Virus record (IMG/VR): IMGVR_UViG_3300025073_000027
Span: 73,723-137,722 of that record
Source: a virus
Length of the DNA: 64,000 nucleotides
Strand: one strand, 5' to 3'
The notes beneath the pieces were generated by a model. That model worked only from the letters and a program-made list of their open reading frames with translations, searched no databases and was not told the DNA's origin. The stretch's first letter is position 1; each line of letters starts with the position of its first letter. A program made the translations under genes and the position numbers. Shown in pieces: positions 10,147-20,011 of the stretch.

Positions 10147-12049
10147 TTTTTTCCTTTGCTGGTTGCTCTAATATTTGAAATGTTTTTGAATTTTGTCTAT
10201 ATATCGTACCACCTTTTAATCCAACTTTCCACATATATAAATAAATATCATATATATCTTGAATGGTAGAATTTTCGGGAATATTAATAGTCTTAGATAT
10301 TGCATTACTAATATATTTTTGCCATGCCGCTTGAATATCTACATGAGTTTTCCAATGAATTTCATTGGCAGTTTTAAATAAATTTTGAATATCTTTAGAA
10401 ACTAATTTGCATCCCGCAATAGTTCCATTGTTAAATGTATATTCTAAAATTTCTACTATTTCTTCTTTTGAATACCCAAATTCTTTTAGTTTTTTCTCTA
10501 GAGATGGATTTGTCTCAAATATGGAGTCTTTAGCCACATTTCCGATACCTTCTGTAATATTTCGCTTATACGCAAGTGCATAAAAAGGTTCTATGGAACT
10601 ATTAACTCCTGCAATAATAGCAATGCTGCCCGTAGGTGCAAGGCTGGTGCAAGCAATATTTCGTAAACCCACTTCTTTCAATACATTAAAAGGTATTTTT
10701 GATATGTCATAAGGGTTATGATATAAAACCTTAGTAACTACATCAAGATTCACTTCATCTTTATTGTAATATCCAAAAGCACCACGTTCTCTTGCTAATT
10801 CAAATGATGTTTCCCAAGCGTGAAAATTAATAAACCATGATAAATATTCAGATAATTTGATTGCATCTTCAGAATCATAGGGTATATTTAATTCTACCAA
10901 TAAATCAGCAAATCCAAGTATCCCTACACCGAGTCTTCGAAGATTTTTGGTCATATCATTGATGTAATCCAATGGTGCTTTTGTAACTTCAGTTACATCT
11001 TCGAGGAATCGAGTTATTGTTTTTGTAATATCTTTCAATAATTCATAATCTATATCTTTTGTTTTCTTGTTGTATACTTCATGCAAATTTATTGATGCTA
11101 AAATACAACTTTCACCAGCAAGTAATGGAACTTCTCCGCAAGGATTCGTTGATTCAATATTACCCATATAAGGAGTCATATTGTCTCGATTGATCGCATC
11201 GTAAAATAACTCCCCCGGATCTCCTGATAACCATGCCTGTTCTGCCATTTGATAAAGTATATCTCTTGCTTTAACAGTTTTAACAACCTTATTATTCAAT
11301 GGTGAAATTAAATTCCAATCATCATCTTTTTCAACCGCTTGCATAAAATCATCAGTTAATAAAACTGAAATATTAAAATGAGTAAGTTGATCATCTAATA
11401 AAGTTTTTTCTAATACTTTTTCATATTTTGTGTTTTTCAATCTACCGTCAAAGGCTTTTAAATTTCTATCATATTCTTCCATCAATCTTTCATTTCGATG
11501 ATTCAATCTGGCTTTAAATCGAATAAAATGTTCTATGTCGGGATGAATTACGCTCAAAGAACCCAGTTGCGCTCCTCGTCTAGATGCTTGTTGAATTACT
11601 TCACCTGTTTGATCGAATAAAGACATGAAACTTAATGGGCCAGATGCTTGACCACCAGTAGATTTAATTTCAGCACCTTCTTCTCTAACATGACTAAATG
11701 AATAACCTACGCCACCACCCATAGCAAATATTTCTGCTGCATCTTTAAGCGTATTATAGATAGATGTTCGAGAATCTTCTACTCCAAGCACAAAGCAATT
11801 GGCAAGATTTTTAATTCCTGTTCCAGCATTAGCAATAATTCTACCGCCAGAAATGAATTTTAAATCATATAAATATTCATAATACTTATCTGCAATTTCT
11901 TGTATTTCACTTTCAGTTTTTCCGTAAGGCTTTTCTCCCTCTGCTATAAAATCTGCAATATTTCTACATGCTTCTTTCCATACTTTTGTTTTTTTGGTTG
12001 AATATTTTAATGCAAATACCTTTTTACCCTTATCGTTAAGTTCTCCCAA
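10136..12049 (-). CDS. nrdJ: Class II (adenosylcobalamin-dependent) ribonucleotide reductase
   Basis: 'NCFV', 'GGGVG', 'RRGA', 'TNPCGE' (catalytic Cys), 'APTGSI', 'ISKTIN'; TTG start with GGAGG RBS; no NrdB adjacent. Confidence 0.9.
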   Translation of the reverse strand: MGELNDKGKKVFALKYSTKKTKVWKEACRNIADFIAEGEKPYGKTESEIQEIADKYYEYLYDLKFISGGRIIANAGTGIKNLANCFVLGVEDSRTSIYNTLKDAAEIFAMGGGVGYSFSHVREEGAEIKSTGGQASGPLSFMSLFDQTGEVIQQASRRGAQLGSLSVIHPDIEHFIRFKARLNHRNERLMEEYDRNLKAFDGRLKNTKYEKVLEKTLLDDQLTHFNISVLLTDDFMQAVEKDDDWNLISPLNNKVVKTVKARDILYQMAEQAWLSGDPGELFYDAINRDNMTPYMGNIESTNPCGEVPLLAGESCILASINLHEVYNKKTKDIDYELLKDITKTITRFLEDVTEVTKAPLDYINDMTKNLRRLGVGILGFADLLVELNIPYDSEDAIKLSEYLSWFINFHAWETSFELARERGAFGYYNKDEVNLDVVTKVLYHNPYDISKIPFNVLKEVGLRNIACTSLAPTGSIAIIAGVNSSIEPFYALAYKRNITEGIGNVAKDSIFETNPSLEKKLKEFGYSKEEIVEILEYTFNNGTIAGCKLVSKDIQNLFKTANEIHWKTHVDIQAAWQKYISNAISKTINIPENSTIQDIYDIYLYMWKVGLKGGTIYRQNSKTFQILEQPAKEKNVN

Positions 12050-12071
12050 AATTTTTAAACTACCTCCTAAA

Positions 12072-12089
12072 ATAAAAGATGAATTTCAT
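12072..12089. repeat. ATAAAA-N6-TTTYAT boundary site (ATAAAA GATGAA TTTCAT)
   Basis: Contains the stop codon of 12086-12622 and precedes the nrdJ RBS. Confidence 0.7.
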
Positions 12090-12622
12090 TGTAAATTAAT
12101 AATAGATATAAATTTATCTACTTCAATTTCTAATTTATTTAATCCGCTTTCTGAATAAATATTGTAATCATGTTCAAAATTGATTAATTCTGTTTCCGAT
12201 ATATGATTTTTCTGTTTTTCTGTTAAATTATTTTTAAAATTTAATCTATGTACTCGCATAGATATAACATTATTTGGAAATCTTGCTTGTGGATAATATA
12301 TTTCGTTTTTATATCTGGTATCAGCAATGGCAAAATAATCATAATAATCACTTAATATATCAATAATATCGCAAGATTTTTCAATCCAATATAAAGGTTT
12401 TTTTAATTCCCATCTTACTTTTTCTGTTCCTAATGTTTGTAGCAATGTTCTTCCTATTTCATCTTTTTCTCCATTCCAATTCATATATTGTTTAGCAATA
12501 TATTTTAAATAATCTGCATTATGTAATATTAAAGTTTTACCAGATAATTTTTGTTTTAAAAAATTGGCAGTAGAATCTTTACCGTGTTGAGCTAAACCAC
12601 TAATTAAAAATATTTTGTTCAT
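12086..12622 (-). CDS. Deoxynucleoside monophosphate kinase
   Basis: P-loop 'ISGLAQHGKD', 'R.LLQ.LGTE..R', 'D.R..NE', 'H.SE'. Confidence 0.8.
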   Translation of the reverse strand: MNKIFLISGLAQHGKDSTANFLKQKLSGKTLILHNADYLKYIAKQYMNWNGEKDEIGRTLLQTLGTEKVRWELKKPLYWIEKSCDIIDILSDYYDYFAIADTRYKNEIYYPQARFPNNVISMRVHRLNFKNNLTEKQKNHISETELINFEHDYNIYSESGLNKLEIEVDKFISIINLQ

Positions 12623-13148
12623 TTTTATATGCTTTTATAGTTTTTATTATATCTTCCCAACCATTTACTCTATTTTTATAATTATAATTTTCATTCCATG
12701 GAGCATTTATTAAAAGTCCATATGCTGTAGTATTTATAATATTATCGTAATTATCATCTATCATTATTGTTCCATTTAATAAAAATTTTGATGCCGTTTG
12801 TATATAATGATCATCTTTATTCCAAAATTTATTATTTTTTAACCATTGATATTTATATACTGATCCTTCGGGTGTACCACCAGTTACATAAACAATTTTA
12901 AAATTTAAATCACGTAAAATATTTATTCCTTCGAGGGCATACGGTAGTGGTTTTATATAATTATAAAGAGTTTTAGATTTTAAAAATTCATAAATTTTAT
13001 CTCCACATTCGGGAACTGTATATTGAACTAAATTCCAATCTTTAATTTGTTTAATTTTAAGTTTATCTTTATATTTTTGATTATATCTACGAATCCAGAC
13101 CTTAATTGTATCTGCAATTGTATCGTCAATGTCTATAAGGGCATACAT
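12600..13148 (-). CDS. 5'(3')-deoxyribonucleotidase (NT5C, HAD family)
   Basis: 'DIDDTIAD' motif I, 'K..WL', 'IDD', 'APWN'. Confidence 0.85.
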   Translation of the reverse strand: MYALIDIDDTIADTIKVWIRRYNQKYKDKLKIKQIKDWNLVQYTVPECGDKIYEFLKSKTLYNYIKPLPYALEGINILRDLNFKIVYVTGGTPEGSVYKYQWLKNNKFWNKDDHYIQTASKFLLNGTIMIDDNYDNIINTTAYGLLINAPWNENYNYKNRVNGWEDIIKTIKAYKNEQNIFN

Positions 13149-13157
13149 ATTTATTCC

Positions 13158-13424
13158 TTATAATTTTATAACTTCTAGTTTGGGTTCTTCTCTTATTTCA
13201 AAATCGACTTTATTATCAGTATTAGGAAAAATAGTGGCCCTCATTCCAATATATTTTTTACATAATTTTTTTGCTTCGAACCATTTAAGGTTTTTACCAA
13301 GAATAATTAATTTTCGTATACGATGTGTTCTTTTTGTGTTTTTCTTTATATCTATTACCTCTTTTTTTTCATAAGACCATCCTTTCACACTAAATAGTTT
13401 CTTTTCTTTTTTATCAGTATCCAT
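13158..13424 (-). CDS. Hypothetical protein
   Basis: ORF track; co-oriented within the operon; AGGAG upstream. Confidence 0.55.
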   Translation of the reverse strand: MDTDKKEKKLFSVKGWSYEKKEVIDIKKNTKRTHRIRKLIILGKNLKWFEAKKLCKKYIGMRATIFPNTDNKVDFEIREEPKLEVIKL

Positions 13425-13460
13425 TATTTATTATTTTCTCCTTTTATTTGTTATAAATTT

Positions 13461-14399
13461 TTATATAATATTTTCGTTTATTGGAACTGCTTTAGCCTTA
13501 TGTGGTATTTCTTTATATGATTCACAATTAAGATAAGTACATGCGCTACGAATACCCCATAAAATCTGATTGAGAATTTTTTCTAACGGTTGTCTTTGAG
13601 CAATATCTAATTCTGTTTCTTTTCCTTCAATAGATTTAATTTCTTTACCGTTGTTGATATGATTTTTTTCAGAAGCCATACCGAAAATTTTACCTGTATT
13701 TTCTGCTTCAAATGTATTGGCAATCATTCCACCTAACATAGCAAAATCTGCACCTGCATAAAAAGAATGAACTATATCGCCAGATTGTTTTATACCTCCA
13801 TCTGCCACAATTCCAATATTTATTTCAGAACATTCTTTAATTGCCGCTAATTGATTTCTGCTTACGCCAGTTACACGGCGAGTAAGGCAATTTGACCCTG
13901 GTCCAATTCCTATTCTTGCCCAGTTAAATCCACAATCTAATAAATGTATAGCAGCTTCTTTTGTAATAATATTTCCACACATTATAGAAATATCATCGCC
14001 TAGTTCTTTTCTTAATTGTTCCCCATATTCCTTGAGATTAGATAAATATCCATTAGCTATATCCACTGTAATTAAGATTGCTCCATGATCTATTGCATAT
14101 TTAGCAAGATCAATTTCCCATTGACCGCTTAATCCAATCGCAACACCAAAAGGAACATCAGCTTTATAAACTTTGCGAATATCTGCTTGTCGATCAATAT
14201 AGACTTTAAATCTATGAAGAATTCCCAAACAATTATTTTTACCCATTTCAATTACGAGTTCACTTCCCGAAATTCCAGCCATAGGTGAACTCATTATTGG
14301 GTATAAATTATGAAAATTACTTTCTAATTTAACATTCCCTCTATGATTTATACAACTAATGCTTTTTGGGATTAAATAAATACTATCATAATCATCCAT
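13461..14399 (-). CDS. GMP reductase / IMP dehydrogenase family protein
   Basis: 'GILHRF', 'VDIANG', 'GIGPGSNCLTR' (catalytic Cys), 'ADGGI', 'MLGG', 'GMAS', 'EG'; no CBS domains. Confidence 0.85.
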   Translation of the reverse strand: MDDYDSIYLIPKSISCINHRGNVKLESNFHNLYPIMSSPMAGISGSELVIEMGKNNCLGILHRFKVYIDRQADIRKVYKADVPFGVAIGLSGQWEIDLAKYAIDHGAILITVDIANGYLSNLKEYGEQLRKELGDDISIMCGNIITKEAAIHLLDCGFNWARIGIGPGSNCLTRRVTGVSRNQLAAIKECSEINIGIVADGGIKQSGDIVHSFYAGADFAMLGGMIANTFEAENTGKIFGMASEKNHINNGKEIKSIEGKETELDIAQRQPLEKILNQILWGIRSACTYLNCESYKEIPHKAKAVPINENII

Positions 14400-14453
14400 T
14401 AATACTTTATTGAATTCTCCTTTATTATTTATAATTTATAAATTATTACATTA

Positions 14454-14546
14454 TAATATAAAATAAAAACACTCAATCTGTTCACTCGATTGTTTTCCCC
14501 CATATTAACCGGGTGAAGCACCGTTGAGTATTTTTATTTTGTATTA
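14454..14546. other. Long imperfect inverted repeat in the guaC-like leader, upstream of the serine recombinase
   Basis: TAATATAAAATAAAAACACTCAA...TTGAGTATTTTTATTTTGTATTA outer arms plus inner TTCACTCGATT/AACCGGGTGAA pairing. Confidence 0.6.
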
Positions 14547-14615
14547 AAATAATTGTTTGTTTTTATTTTTATTTATTATTATTATCTTTTATTAAATATT
14601 GAAATTATAGAATAT

Positions 14616-14644
14616 ATTTTACCACAAAATGTAAATTTTGTCAA
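14616..14644 (-). promoter_or_regulatory. sigma70/sigmaA-type promoter with extended -10
   Basis: TTGACA-17bp-TAAAAT (TTGACAAAATTTACATTTTGTGGTAAAAT). Confidence 0.75.
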
Positions 14645-14775
14645 GCAAATTTATTACCCTTATTTTTATAGTAATATTGTTCTTGCATTGATTTTGATTT
14701 TATATTATACTTCTGTATGTAACATTTATGTTGGATTGTTTCATAAACATTGTGTTAAATATTTGAGGTTAAATT

Positions 14776-16629
14776 ATGAATCAATATGCAGAAAAAGAAT
14801 TATCTGGTTTAGTCTTTCAAACATTTGAACAACTGGCAATAAATGGTTATATTGGTGATCCCTCTGGTGAAGACGCTTATGGATATTTGAGAGTATCTAC
14901 AGATCAGCAAGCAGATGAAAATCGTGCTGGATTACCTAGACAAATTGAACGAATTCATGAAATATCAAAAGAAAAAAGAAAACGAATTAGTTGGGATAGA
15001 ATAGTAGCAGATGATTTTTCTGGTTTTGATTTTGAGCATAGACCTCAATTACAAAAGTTATTAAAAGAAACCATAAATCCTAATACTCGTAGAGCAAATG
15101 TAATTGTAATGGAACAATTAGATAGATTAAGTCGTCAAGCTGATTGGCATCAAGGTTATTTGCTTGAAAAATTTATTAAAGATCGTGGGATGGAAGTTAT
15201 TTTTTGGAAATCCTTTGGCAGTCGAATTGAAAGAGTAGTAATGGGGGCTATTTCTCAAGATGGCATGGAAGATGCTCAAGGAAGAATGAAAGATGGTAAA
15301 AAACGTAAAGCAAAAAATAAAAAAGTTACCGCTTCTGTTCGTGCCTATGGATATGAGCGAGTAGATCCAGATGGTAAATTTTCAGAAAGAACACAAAGAG
15401 AAACGCATTATAAAATAAAAGACGATGAATCTATTTGGATTATTTTTATTTTTAATGAAATTGCTATTAAAGGTACATCTGCTAGGCAAGTGGCTAAAAT
15501 GTTAAATGAAAAGAGTGTACTTTGTAGAAATTCTAAAGCGTGGGAAGCAAGTGATATTACTCGTATTATACATAATCCACTATATAAAGGTATGTTCACA
15601 GCAAATCGATATCGTGAATATAAAATGGAAGTGGTGGAGAACGGTGTTAGTCGATTAATTAATAAAACTGAAATGCGACCAGAATCAGAATGGATTTATG
15701 TTCCTGTACCCCCCACAGTTAGTGAAGAAATGTGGGAATTAGCAAATAATATGCTTTCTAAAAATAAGCAAATGTCTCCTCGAAATCAAAAAAAATATAT
15801 TTATATTTTATCTGGATTAATTAAATGTGCTACTTGTGGATATACACTTGTTGGAGATGTTAAAACTGTTAAAGCTGGTACTAATCGAATGAAAGAAACT
15901 AAAACCTATCGTTATTATCGTTGTACTTCTACTACTGCTTGGCGTAAAAAAAACTATAAAATGGAATGTAATCAAAAATCTATCTCAGTTGAAAAATTAG
16001 AGGAAACCGTTTGGTCAGTCATTAGGAAAGTAATATATGAACCAGAAATATTATTGCAAGCAATGGATGCTGAATATAATAGTATAAGCAATCAACAAAT
16101 TATTGATACAATTAAACACTTAGAAAATGAAATAAATAAATTAGAAAAACATTTGGCTAAAGACTATGAATTATATAGAAATGATTATCTTACTGCACAA
16201 GAATTTGGAGAAAAGAAGCGTTTATATGAATTAGATATTAATAATAAATCAAGAGAAATAGAACAACGCAATAATCAAATTATTACTCAGGATAAATTAG
16301 AACAACGCAAAGAATTTATATTGGGATTATCTGAAAGGGCAAAGCAATATGATTATGGTAAAAACGCCCCTACTAACATAAAACAAACATTGATTAAGTC
16401 TATAGTTGAAACAATATATGTTAATTCTAATGAAGGTTGGGTGACAATAACTGGTCAAATTAAGGGAACATGGTCATTGATTGATAATAATGCTTTACAT
16501 ATTGTGAAACAATCATTGGAACGAATGTTATACAATAGGGAAACATTGCGTTTCAAAATACATTATTGGATAAAAGATGGCATTACATCTTCTATAACAT
16601 TGCTCTCTAGTGATCCAAATCTAGATTGA
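14776..16629 (+). CDS. Large serine recombinase (probable integrase)
   Basis: 'YLRVSTDQQ' catalytic Ser, 'DRLSR', 'AYGY', 'NPLYKG', 'LSGLIKCATCG...YYRC...C' zinc ribbon, coiled coil. Confidence 0.92.
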   Translation: MNQYAEKELSGLVFQTFEQLAINGYIGDPSGEDAYGYLRVSTDQQADENRAGLPRQIERIHEISKEKRKRISWDRIVADDFSGFDFEHRPQLQKLLKETINPNTRRANVIVMEQLDRLSRQADWHQGYLLEKFIKDRGMEVIFWKSFGSRIERVVMGAISQDGMEDAQGRMKDGKKRKAKNKKVTASVRAYGYERVDPDGKFSERTQRETHYKIKDDESIWIIFIFNEIAIKGTSARQVAKMLNEKSVLCRNSKAWEASDITRIIHNPLYKGMFTANRYREYKMEVVENGVSRLINKTEMRPESEWIYVPVPPTVSEEMWELANNMLSKNKQMSPRNQKKYIYILSGLIKCATCGYTLVGDVKTVKAGTNRMKETKTYRYYRCTSTTAWRKKNYKMECNQKSISVEKLEETVWSVIRKVIYEPEILLQAMDAEYNSISNQQIIDTIKHLENEINKLEKHLAKDYELYRNDYLTAQEFGEKKRLYELDINNKSREIEQRNNQIITQDKLEQRKEFILGLSERAKQYDYGKNAPTNIKQTLIKSIVETIYVNSNEGWVTITGQIKGTWSLIDNNALHIVKQSLERMLYNRETLRFKIHYWIKDGITSSITLLSSDPNLD

Positions 16630-16751
16630 TCTTCTTGAATTAGATATTCAAGCCAAAGAGATAAAGAGTTTTGAAAACTCAGCATTTGGAGATTGCTTAT
16701 TTCTGATAAATTTAATGTTACTTCGTTTAATACATTATTATCATTATTCAT
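16563..16751 (-). CDS. Small hypothetical protein, convergently overlapping the recombinase 3' end
   Basis: ORF track; AGGA upstream; last gene of the minus-strand run. Confidence 0.4.
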   Translation of the reverse strand: MNNDNNVLNEVTLNLSEISNLQMLSFQNSLSLWLEYLIQEDQSRFGSLESNVIEDVMPSFIQ

Positions 16752-16771
16752 TATGAGTTCCTATTATTATT

Positions 16772-17032
16772 TTATTTATTATAATGTGAAAGATCTAAAA
16801 GATCTAAAGGATTGTTTCTTTCTAATCTTAGAACAGTTTCAATTAAACCATCTTCGCTATCTAATTCAAAACCTAAAACTTCACATTTATAGCGTCCATT
16901 ATATCTTTGCTGATTTTCCTCAGTAAGTCCTATTTCAATTGCTTTTTTTGTACTGGTGTAAACACCCACAATATAGGAGTGAGCATGGCGATCACCATAT
17001 TTATACATTATTACTGTATAGATTTTATTCAT
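16772..17032 (-). CDS. Hypothetical phage protein
   Basis: AAGGA RBS; 'YG....HSY.VGVY....KA' pattern seen in small phage proteins. Confidence 0.6.
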   Translation of the reverse strand: MNKIYTVIMYKYGDRHAHSYIVGVYTSTKKAIEIGLTEENQQRYNGRYKCEVLGFELDSEDGLIETVLRLERNNPLDLLDLSHYNK

Positions 17033-17088
17033 TGTTATTTATCCTTATATAAAAGCTAAATTTCGTTATATATTATTTGAATATTTTA

Positions 17089-18306
17089 TTAGATTATATT
17101 AACTCTAATTGGGTACAACGATATACCCTTTATCCTGTCATCATATATAAATTCAGGATTACATTTTCTTAAAATATTAAAACTTCCATTTACATCAGCA
17201 TTAATCAAAGTGCCATTTTTGGATTGATATAAACCTCTTTTAATTCTTTTTCCACTAAATTTATATTTACCAAATTTATCAGGTATAACATCATTATCAA
17301 TAAAACTGGATTTACTCGTATATTGTTCAGTCATTATTTGAACTTTAATTCCATTTTCCTCTGCTTTATAAATAATCTTATTTATCAAAGATTCAAAAGG
17401 AATTTGAACAAATTTTTGATTATTCTTTTTTCCAATATTGCTTTTTCTTTGCCAATCTTTATTTCTACCAATCACTATGTTGTCTATATTATTTTCAATA
17501 CAATAGTTTATAATCCAGCGACTTACTTTATGTATATGATCTTCTGTAATATTATTTTTTTTAGTTGATATTTTTTTAATTCTATTGGATGTACCCTTTC
17601 CTATATAACCTTCAGCTTTAGCGAACAATTTATTGTAATAATTATTTATTGATTTTATTATTTTGCCATTTATAACAATGGGCTGTAATCCTATGTTATT
17701 AGTTAATGTAGCAAAATTATTTATTCCTAAATCAATTGCTAGATGGTTATTATTATAATTTGTTTTTTCTTCAGCTTCTTTCTCATAAACTATTTCTATT
17801 TTATAGCAAGATCCATATGGTACTATTCTGATTTGTTTTAATTCATTTTTGACTATATTGGTTTCTATAAATTTATTTCTTTTCAAAGAACCCTTTTCTT
17901 GAAAATAACATTTATTATCTATTATTTTTAATTGTTGTTTATCAAAAAATGTAACAAATCTTCCATTTTTATTTTTATATTTGGGCAATTTTGGCATACC
18001 GCAATATTTCGATTTATTTTTACTCCAATCTTTTATCGCTCTAAAATATGATTTCCAATCTGATCCTAATCGCATAATGGTCATTTGAGAAGTTTTAGAT
18101 GGCAAGGCTTTAAATAATTCATGATGTTTATATTGTTTATTTAAATCAAAAGCAAATAACAATTTTTTATTATTTATAAATTCCTGTCGCATTATATAGT
18201 TGATAAAATTATATAAATTCTTTGATTTATAACATAAATCATCACAATATTTAAATAATCTGTGATTTCGATCAATGATATGAATTTGAGTTCTTAATAA
18301 TTTCAT
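17089..18306 (-). mobile_element. tnpB: Solo TnpB (IS200/IS605-superfamily RNA-guided nuclease), no TnpA adjacent
   Basis: 'SKNLYN..NY..RQ', 'P.LPKYK', RuvC-I 'AIDLGINN', 'EQYTSK', RuvC-III 'NADVNGSFNI'. Confidence 0.88.
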
Positions 18307-18314
18307 TTTTTTTA

Positions 18315-18899
18315 TTATATATTATATTTTTTATCGGCAATATCTATTTCTACAAATTCTAATTGTTGAGGCAGATTAAAATATCGAGTTAACCAAAAAC
18401 TATGATAATAAGAAGAATGACCTGTAGCACCCGATTTTCCACTTGGGGTTATGTAATCTATTCTTCTCGTTGGAACTAATCCTTGACAATCATATTCTGA
18501 AAATAATTTTGCCATCTTTTGACACATATCAAACGGTATAAGAAAGGCAAATGGTATATCGTGTTTAATTGCTTTATCTATGAATCTGTATTTTAAAGAA
18601 AAAGGCGGGTTTGTAATAATTGCTGTCGGTTCATTAAACATTAATGTGTCTTCTAATAGAAAATTAATTGGTTGATTGCCATTTACTATTCTAATATCGG
18701 ATGCAAATATATAATATCCATATTTTTGAAGTCTATTAATAATTTTTCCTTCGCCAGCAGAACATTCCCAAATTTTGTGAATATTTTTTGGAATAAATGA
18801 TACTAATAAATCAACAGCATAATTAGGAGTTTGAAATAGATCTCTACCCTGCACTTCATTTATTATTTCCGGTTGATTTGTTTTAGGTTTATTACTCAT
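18315..18899 (-). CDS. Small DNA N6-adenine methyltransferase
   Basis: 'D.FQTP', 'IWECSAGEG' SAM motif, 'ITNPPFS'. Confidence 0.8.
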   Translation of the reverse strand: MSNKPKTNQPEIINEVQGRDLFQTPNYAVDLLVSFIPKNIHKIWECSAGEGKIINRLQKYGYYIFASDIRIVNGNQPINFLLEDTLMFNEPTAIITNPPFSLKYRFIDKAIKHDIPFAFLIPFDMCQKMAKLFSEYDCQGLVPTRRIDYITPSGKSGATGHSSYYHSFWLTRYFNLPQQLEFVEIDIADKKYNI

Positions 18900-18917
18900 A
18901 TTATTTATTATCCTTTA

Positions 18918-19184
18918 TTAATTAGGTGGTGTTACTTTCACATTATATTTAAAACTATCTATAAAATCTTTTAAACAATCTTCACAAATATCAAACTGCC
19001 ATATTTCCATGTCATATTCACTACCATATTGATATTCAATTGCGAAAGATTGAATAACATCCATCCAAAAGAAATCTTGTTTATTTTTAGGCTTGAAACT
19101 TTTTCCACATTTATTGCATATGATTTCAGTAATTTCTAATTCTTTAATTATTTTTTTTATTTCTCTTGTTTTTTGTACCACCAA
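18918..19184 (-). CDS. Small zinc-finger phage protein
   Basis: CNKC...YGSEYD...DICEDC. Confidence 0.65.
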   Translation of the reverse strand: MVVQKTREIKKIIKELEITEIICNKCGKSFKPKNKQDFFWMDVIQSFAIEYQYGSEYDMEIWQFDICEDCLKDFIDSFKYNVKVTPPN

Positions 19185-19217
19185 TTATCTCCTTATAAAA
19201 TAAACTTTTTATTGGTA

Positions 19218-19475
19218 TTACATCGAACTGCCCCACATATCTACTACTTCTCCAAATTCTATCCACATTCGTTTTACATATGAACCACAATTTTCACGTT
19301 TACCATTATCGTTTCCCCAAATAGCATAACTACAAGCTATCATACCTTCTACTTCTTCAGTAATCCATCTTTCTCCGCTATCTTGATCAAATATTAACCG
19401 ATGAATTTTTACCTTTGGACCAAGGAAATTATTTTCTGTTTCTCGCTTATTAACATTAATATCTACATCACCCAT
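19218..19475 (-). CDS. Hypothetical protein (between two boundary sites)
   Basis: ORF track; sites at 19195 and 19474. Confidence 0.6.
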   Translation of the reverse strand: MGDVDINVNKRETENNFLGPKVKIHRLIFDQDSGERWITEEVEGMIACSYAIWGNDNGKRENCGSYVKRMWIEFGEVVDMWGSSM

Positions 19476-19497
19476 AAAATTATCCTTTTATTATTTA

Positions 19498-19710
19498 TTA
19501 CATATTTTGTAAGTATCGTATTATTTTCATTATGAAATCATCTGCTTTATTTCCTAAAGATGCAAGTAATAGCAAAAAATAAAATATAGAAAATAAACCC
19601 CAAAAATAAATTGCTTTGTTTATTGCATGAAGTTTTCGTAATTCTTCTATTATTACTTCTGGAAATATTGAGAAAATAAAAGCAAGCAACATTAAGCCTG
19701 TTTGTTTCAT
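19498..19710 (-). CDS. Small membrane protein
   Basis: Two hydrophobic stretches. Confidence 0.5.
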   Translation of the reverse strand: MKQTGLMLLAFIFSIFPEVIIEELRKLHAINKAIYFWGLFSIFYFLLLLASLGNKADDFIMKIIRYLQNM

Positions 19711-19814
19711 TGATAAGAATTTTTACAAGTTTTACAATACCAACTCAATCCCCATTGATAAAATTCTCGATATTTTTTACAATGAGGACACCAGAGAATT
19801 TTTAAATTCCTCAC
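19707..19814 (-). CDS. 35-aa zinc-ribbon peptide (not in ORF track)
   Basis: Manual translation MRNLKILWCPHCKKYREFYQWGLSWYCKTCKNSYQ; GTGA/ATGA overlaps with both neighbours. Confidence 0.55.
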   Translation of the reverse strand: MRNLKILWCPHCKKYREFYQWGLSWYCKTCKNSYQ

Positions 19815-20011
19815 CAAGGACAACCTCCTTCTGTATATAACCAAGATCGACAAAAATATATTTTTAAATGTTTATCATAAAACATTCTATCTCCACAATG
19901 AGAACAAATACGAGTGTTAGACCAAGCTACATGTCTTTCTCGTTCTAAACCGTCATTTAATTCCCATTGGGGTAGATTTCTTTCACTTACTTTAGGTTTT
20001 TTATATTTCAT
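19811..20011 (-). CDS. Small zinc-binding hypothetical protein
   Basis: Probable start MKYKK after AGGAG; CSHC...C...C. Confidence 0.55.
   Translation of the reverse strand: MKYKKPKVSERNLPQWELNDGLERERHVAWSNTRICSHCGDRMFYDKHLKIYFCRSWLYTEGGCPW

Noticed and set aside
9829-14399. Z-genome or 7-deazaguanine base-substitution pathway
   Set aside because: No PurZ, DpdA or Que-family genes recognised in the window.
14454-14546. Purine riboswitch upstream of the guaC-like gene
   Set aside because: A single long hairpin; no three-way junction or purine aptamer consensus visible.
14776-18306. IS607-type element (serine recombinase plus TnpB)
   Set aside because: The recombinase is a 617-aa integrase-type enzyme, convergent with tnpB and separated from it by other ORFs; IS607 TnpA is small with an N-terminal HTH.
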